Assembly (NCBI GenBank): GCA_036172245.1
Contig: JAYWIR010000033.1
Location: 2,356,001-2,420,000, forward strand
Direction: 5' to 3'
DNA from: Raillietiella orientalis
Lineage: Eukaryota
DNA: 64,000 nt
Shown here one piece after another: positions 58,001-64,000 of this stretch (its first letter is position 1; each line of letters begins with the position of its first letter). The translations under genes and the position numbers were made by a program. Below the pieces are notes generated by a model. That model was given only the letters and a program-made list of their open reading frames with translations. It did no database searches and had not been told where the DNA came from.

Positions 58001-59716
58001 GTACCTGAAGGGAAGAAAGTTCAGCATGGCAGGAAAGGAAGGCGACCGTATAAGCTAAGTGGAGGCACGTGCAGGGGTAAAGGAAGACGAGCAAAAGAAC
58101 ATAGGAGAATTGCATGGGACTGCATGGTTGAGAGCTGTCACCTTTTGTGGCTGCTTCCTCTCGGGAAAGCTCGGGCTCGTTCAGCCAATTCGGTGCTGAG
58201 CAGGGGCAACGCCCAGAGTCTACAAAGCGTCACCCAATTGCCAGATGCGGTTCTTGGATCAAAGTTTCCTTGAATACCCTCCATTAACAGAAAAACTGGG
58301 TAGGAAAAAAGCTCTTCTTTCGGTGTGGATCGCTTCGCACGTCTTTTGAGGCATTCCTGAAAGAATGCCATCGCGGCGGGCGCTGTTCGTGTGCGGCGTG
58401 GGTGCGACAGCCGCAGCCTGGATGTGGCGCAATGAGGTGGGTGGCTCATGAGGCTGAAGAGATGCTTTTCATGCCATTTGAGATCGGGATGGTGGTGGTG
58501 GATTGATAGAGAAGGATGCCTGTCCGGAGGAGACGGAAGAGAACCGGCAACACGGCTGCATGCTGCCGGGGGGCAGCGACGGCCGTAATTCCAACCTTCG
58601 AGGCCAAGAAGAATGGCTGCAAAGGCATCCACAGCCTCCGTTACGGCTCGTAAAAGTAAGCGAGAAGACCGCCTGAAACAGGCAAGGCACATCCGTTTCG
58701 TTTCAGCAGATGCGAGGCGGACTGCAGACGTCGGAGCGATAGGGGCTCCCAGGCAGGGCGGAAGGGCGGCCGCTCAGCCTGAATAATAAAAGACTTTCCT
58801 GCTACTTGTGGTCTCGTTGGGAGGTTTCTATAGGGGAAAGGGGAACGAGAAGGAAGAAGGCAGGTTGTACCGGTTCCCAGGCGAGGTTCTCGTGAAAGAC
58901 ATCAAGGGGTATGTACTGTCTCTGAATACCCTGCGTCCTCTCAGATTTCTGCTACTTGTCCACGATATGCGAAGGGGGAACATTTTTCCTCTCTAGGGAA
59001 GCAGCTTCATGAGGTCGATGGATTCATCGATTCGTTTCCTCAAGCATTTCAGCACAACGGCGTTTTTCTGAGGGCACAAGCGGCGGTCGTGAAGAATCAT
59101 CCTCACTCTAGGAATCTTTTCTTCGAAATGAAAAGCAGCACGGGCGGACGTTTCCATGGTTTCCTTTCTTCTTCAATAATAGGCAGAATGGAGGAAGGAA
59201 GGGAAGAACAGACTTCTTCCGCCTCACATAATGCTGTCCACTGCATCGCCCTTCCGGAAGCTTGAAAGATCAGTCAGCATAAGAGCTACGGAGAGATGTG
59301 AGTATCGTTGTCGCAGGCAGCGAGCACCGTGACCAATTCAGTCGCGCATGAATGGCAATGAGAGGTGGTCATGGCGATGGAAGTGGCCAGCTGTGCTTTG
59401 GAATCAGAGAGAAACGGATTCTTACGCCTGGTACGGGCTTGTGGCGGGATCTCGGATCCATTTGTTTCTGGCGCACTGACAGATTTGGGTTGCGGTCGCC
59501 GCCCTTTGGAGAGCTATTGAGCGCAAGCTCTCTTTCGGGACAGGACGTTAAGACGGATGCTGCTGAAAAGTTTGATACGTGGCTTGCTTTTGTGTTTCAA
59601 GAGTGCAGCTTGCCGTCCGAAAGGTTTTGCAGCACTTGCTGACAAAGAAATGATGACGCAAAATGGCCTCCCGTTCGAGATGGATTGCGAGATGGATTGA
59701 AAACCTGGAATCCTCC

Positions 59717-59759
59717 AGTAAGGAGTAAAGTGGAGGTAAGGAGTGGAGGTAAGGTGGAG
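59717..59759. repeat. Short imperfect tandem repeat (GTGGAGGTAAG-like units)
   Basis: AGTAAGGAGTAAAGTGGAGGTAAGGAGTGGAGGTAAGGTGGAG read directly. Confidence 0.6.
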
Positions 59760-62700
59760 CAAAGGTTTTTTTTCCCTTTTTCTTCTTCCGTAGCCATGAT
59801 ACGGCCCTTGTACCCGGTCTGAACGGGATCGCCCGTTTTTTGTGGCAGAGTTTGCTCCAGGATTTTCCTTATTTTCCTCCGGAGATCCTAGTTACCCGGC
59901 AGAACTCGCACGCGGTGTCCACGTCGCCTTGTCAATATGCGGCTTAATTGCAAGGGTGCCAGCGCTACCTCAGATTGGGCATCCCGAGGTTGGCTGCACG
60001 TGCAGACTCACTTCACTTTCTCTCCGCGAGATATCTCCCGCGCTATCGCCGCTCGTCCCGGTGCTGCAGTCGCCTCGTCAGTTGGTGATCTCGTTGCCGC
60101 GGTGGCGATCACGGGATGCTTTTCCACCCCGTATCCTGTGGGAATAGGTTAAGAGAATCCACAAGAGTGCTTCTTTCCGTTTCCTCGAATACCTACGCAG
60201 TGTCATCGCTGCTGACGCGTGTCACTGAAAAGGTTGCAGTCTCCTCGTCAGCTAGACCCTTCTCTGCCGAGGAAGAGAGCATTTCAACTTGAGTGCGGTT
60301 TCTCACCCGGTCACGCCGGAGTGTAAATTAAAAGTAAACCAGTTGGGAACCAAGTTTTTGACAGACGAATACAAGAACCAAAGAAGAGGGTCCACCGTCA
60401 CTCATTCCGGAGCAAGAGGGAGTTCGGAACGGGGGAGGCACAAGAGAGCAACAAAAAAAAATCAAAATGGGTAGTAAGGGGCAAAGATCACTGGGATCGC
60501 TCTGTTCTCACCGGGAGAAAAACAAAAAGCACCAAGGAAGTTGCGAACCAAATGGGAGTGAAAGATATGAATTTCCATAGAACCTCAAAAGACTTTCCCA
60601 AAAGCGCCAGAAATAGCGACGCCCGGTGACACTCGATGATGGAAGAAATCTGAAGAAAGACCTGCATCTTTTCTTGCAATCACGCTCCAACTGCCTGTGC
60701 TAAAATCCTATTAGAGAGAAAATGGGGACATCGATTGATTGGAATATTTCCCTTGAGGTCTGCACCCACAGCCTGGTTTGTGATTTCCTTACGATGGCAA
60801 CTGCACTAATAAAGTGCTTGAATCCGGATGGAAATTGCTGTGATATGTGGAAATGTTTGAAATGCCGTTTCCCATTGGTATCGGATTCATCAAAGCGTCC
60901 CATTCCTATTTGCGAAGCAACTGTTGCTCTCGTTATGACGACTATTTTTGTCAGTGCACTTGATGAATGTTCCCTTTCTCCTCCACTTTCGTGTAGCCAT
61001 CAGCAGAAGGAAAACTTGGTACTTTCCAACAGGCAAGGTGAAATAGAAATTCAGTTGGACTACTTCTGCAAAGAAGCTTCCGAAGAGCTCAAACATGAAT
61101 ACTGGGAAGATTGAAACGTGGTTTGCATGCAGGGTGTGAAATCTCTTTGGAGAAGAAGCAGATGTTATCCACTTTTCCCGAGCACGGAATCTCGAGGGAA
61201 GACTTCCACAAGTGTGCTCATCCGTAAAAGCTCTTTGATATCCCCTCCACTGCTCGGAATTGAGGTACCCTGGATTGTGTGCACGCAGGTGGGAGGACTG
61301 GTACACCCTGGTCTGCACAAAGTGAAAAGAAGGGCCGCTGTAAAGGAATAATATGGTGAGAACTACCGGAATGTACGTTTCTCATGGGTGAACGGGTTCT
61401 CTAGTAGGTTTCAAAAGTTTACGGACCTCGATTTCGGGTGAAAAGCGCCACGCAATTTAGAGTAGCGTGTCACAGAATGAACCAAGATGTGTACATCCTC
61501 GAATTGGGAATGTGACGTTCTCAAATTCCAAATACCCTCCGGACTTGCACGCTGCTTTCGAAATGAGAGACCTTCAAAATGAGTGAAGCGCATGCGCACC
61601 GCTAGGCGACGTGCGATGGTGGCTCTCAATTGGCGACCTGCTGCTGTACGAATAATGCGACCTCACGAATTTTCCACCGAAGTCAACTTATTCGTAGTAG
61701 CATCATATAATGGGAGCCCACTAGGATTTGATAGCGGCATATTACAGGCTTCATGCACTATCCCATGACACCGCATGGAGACAGATCATCTATTTCAAGT
61801 GCGTCCGCCAGTTTTCTGCGTCCTCCGAAGCTGAAGAGAGGATGCTGCCGACATTGTGCATGTCGAGAGGGAACCGAATGCTAGAGGGGTACCGAATTGA
61901 AGAGTTCACCTCTCATCAGAATCTCTATTGTGTTTCTTTTTCTGCTTCACGAATTTCATGGCTCACTTGACATCCCGCCCTGGAAGTTCTTGCCCCTTCG
62001 AAAATTAAAGTTTGCACTTCGGAGCGAAAATAGGTGGCGTCAGAGGTATTTTTCCACTACGATCGTTGTGATGATTCTCAATTTCGCACGAGTCGTAGAA
62101 CGAAGTCGGCTATGGATGAATACTGGAGTGATAGGGAAATACCAGAAGAGAACCGCATCGGGATCAAAAGTCAATTCTCGGGCTTCCCGAATGCAAACAT
62201 AGGATTTTCTCAGCGACCCTCGACCGAAAGAGTGAACTTTCTTCTTACAGTTCCCACATTTTTCGTTTGCGCTATCACAACCGTAGCACATGCTGCCACC
62301 CACACTGCAGTTAGAAGCTTTGTGATCTCTGTCATGGCCTTCTACAAAAGCTTCGATCTATGCTTTCTCGACATCGTGACGAATCAGAATGAAAGTAGGA
62401 CATCAGGACAATGCATGTTGGAATGGATGACGATGATTGATAGAATGCATAGGGAAATGTGCCTTTTCGAGGTACTGTGAGGACACACTATGAAAACCAA
62501 TGCTTTTTAATTGCAGAAGAATTTGGGCAAAAGCCACAAGGTCATAGTAGAGATAAGTGGAAGTTCAGAAAACTGCAAATGCATAACTACCTGTAATGCT
62601 CAGCAAAAGTGAGTCCTTTTCAGGCCTGCAGTGCTACACAAAAGTGAGGTCCGTCTGCCGAGGAATTCCTTGTCATCAAAGGCCACCTAAAAGAAGTTGC

Positions 62701-64000
62701 GTTTTGATATCGCCCATCCATCGCACTGAGATCACGAAAAATAGCTCAATTCGATAGTTTTTGTCAGAGAGCTGATACAGCATTTTTATTCGAAAAGATT
62801 ATCGACAAGGGTCTCGATAACGAAGACCATTATAATTAAGTGATGCATTTCGAATGCTGATCCATAAGCAGAATACAGTGAATGCACTGCAGCGTAAAAG
62901 CGTTTCTTTGCCTACAGACCGCACACATCTGATTTCCAAGTTCCATCCTCATCACAAATGCAGAAAAAGAATAACTGGAAATGTTCCCCTGAGAGATTGG
63001 AGATATCAAGTAACATATAATCGAAGATAAACAAAGCGATCTCTCCGTGAAACCCGAATATGGGAGGAGAAATGAGGAACCACACGGGTGGTAGAGCTAC
63101 ATCTTCCACTAAAGGCATTTTCATTCCAGGGAGGCAGTAAATGGACGAATTTCATCAGAGGAGGCATCATTCGTGATCATTTGCGTTTTCCGTTCCACAG
63201 CATGCTTGGTGGGTCTCTCCCGCTCATCTCATTGAGTACCGAGAAATGCAACTCAACGTTTGCCGTGAAAAAATGCCATGAGATTGAGGCTCTTTGTGAA
63301 TAAAGGTTTCCTGGAATGTGCGTCCTTGACATCCCATGAAACTCCACAAATCGGGCAATGCTGTTTTCAGCCCCCACCTGACATCTGTTGGGTTTGAATT
63401 TGTTTTTTTCCTTCCTTCTCGAGAGTAGGCATTGGAATCAAGAAAACGAAATTATCTTGAGGGAGTGTTCTTTGCGACCTCACGTTCATCGCAACCGCCT
63501 TATTGGATGTTCGACAGAAAAAGGGGTTTGCACACGGGCAGCACAGCGACTTTTTCTTTCCCTTTGGTGCCGGAATCCAGAAAACCTGCACGCAGCTGTT
63601 GATGCTCGCATCTTCCGAGAGCAGGCACCGAAAGTGGCCCTTAGGTTTTTGCACGTGGAGTGGTTTTTTTGCATGTGGTGGTGATTCGAAGAGACGCTTC
63701 CACATGCAATTCCCACCCGGATGCTACTGACAGCACCACTCGTCATCGAATTAGTGACATGATTGTAAATAACACCCGGAAACGTCTTCCAGATCACCGA
63801 AGTGAGCATGAGCCAACCACGGCGTGTGCAAGGGACACAGTTTCCAGATGGCGTTTGCGTTGCAGTGACTTTTGCGTCAGTGCTCCTATCGCCAAGGTGC
63901 CATCTTTCTGTGAGCTCGAGAAAGCGACAGAGTGCTTGAAATTTTCCGGCGCTCCAGAACCTCATACACACGCTGTTTCACATGTAAGTGTTTGGTTTTC

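Noticed and set aside
57500..64000. Several 100-184 aa ORFs (e.g. 58138-58692, 60722-61114, 60890-61318, 62034-62480, 63486-63971)
   Set aside because: No recognisable domains and no coherent exon chain. Treated as intergenic or intronic sequence pending a homology search.

Overview
Eukaryotic genomic DNA with spliced genes. It is most likely an arthropod, judged from the ZnT63C/ZnT1-type N-terminus MGRYTGKKCR, and probably not Drosophila, which lacks MCM9. I reconstructed six spliced protein-coding genes by hand: MCM9 (+, 14810-19999), SYF2 (-, 22835-26447), two tandem ZnT1/SLC30A1 paralogs (+, 36586-38475 and 38769-47131), a divergent SOX-like HMG-box gene (+, 50634-53256) and CRYZL1 (-, 53319-55049). 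Two decayed non-LTR retrotransposon fragments are recognisable: a NeSL/Utopia-like one at about 31.3-32.5 kb and a probable I-clade one at about 12.4-13.4 kb. The most striking signal is splicing architecture. About half of the 42 introns are 40-68 nt, four consecutive MCM9 introns are each exactly 44 nt, and AG dinucleotides 35-39 nt from the donor are repeatedly skipped. Many of these introns lack a polypyrimidine tract or end in AAG, which suggests a 40-nt length floor. Other points: the second ZnT gene has almost no room for a promoter, CpG depletion is sharply mosaic, and the MCM9 Walker A motif is atypical. Regions 1-12 kb and 55.5-64 kb are CpG-rich with no protein I could recognise. 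All protein-family assignments come from motif recognition from memory, not database searches.
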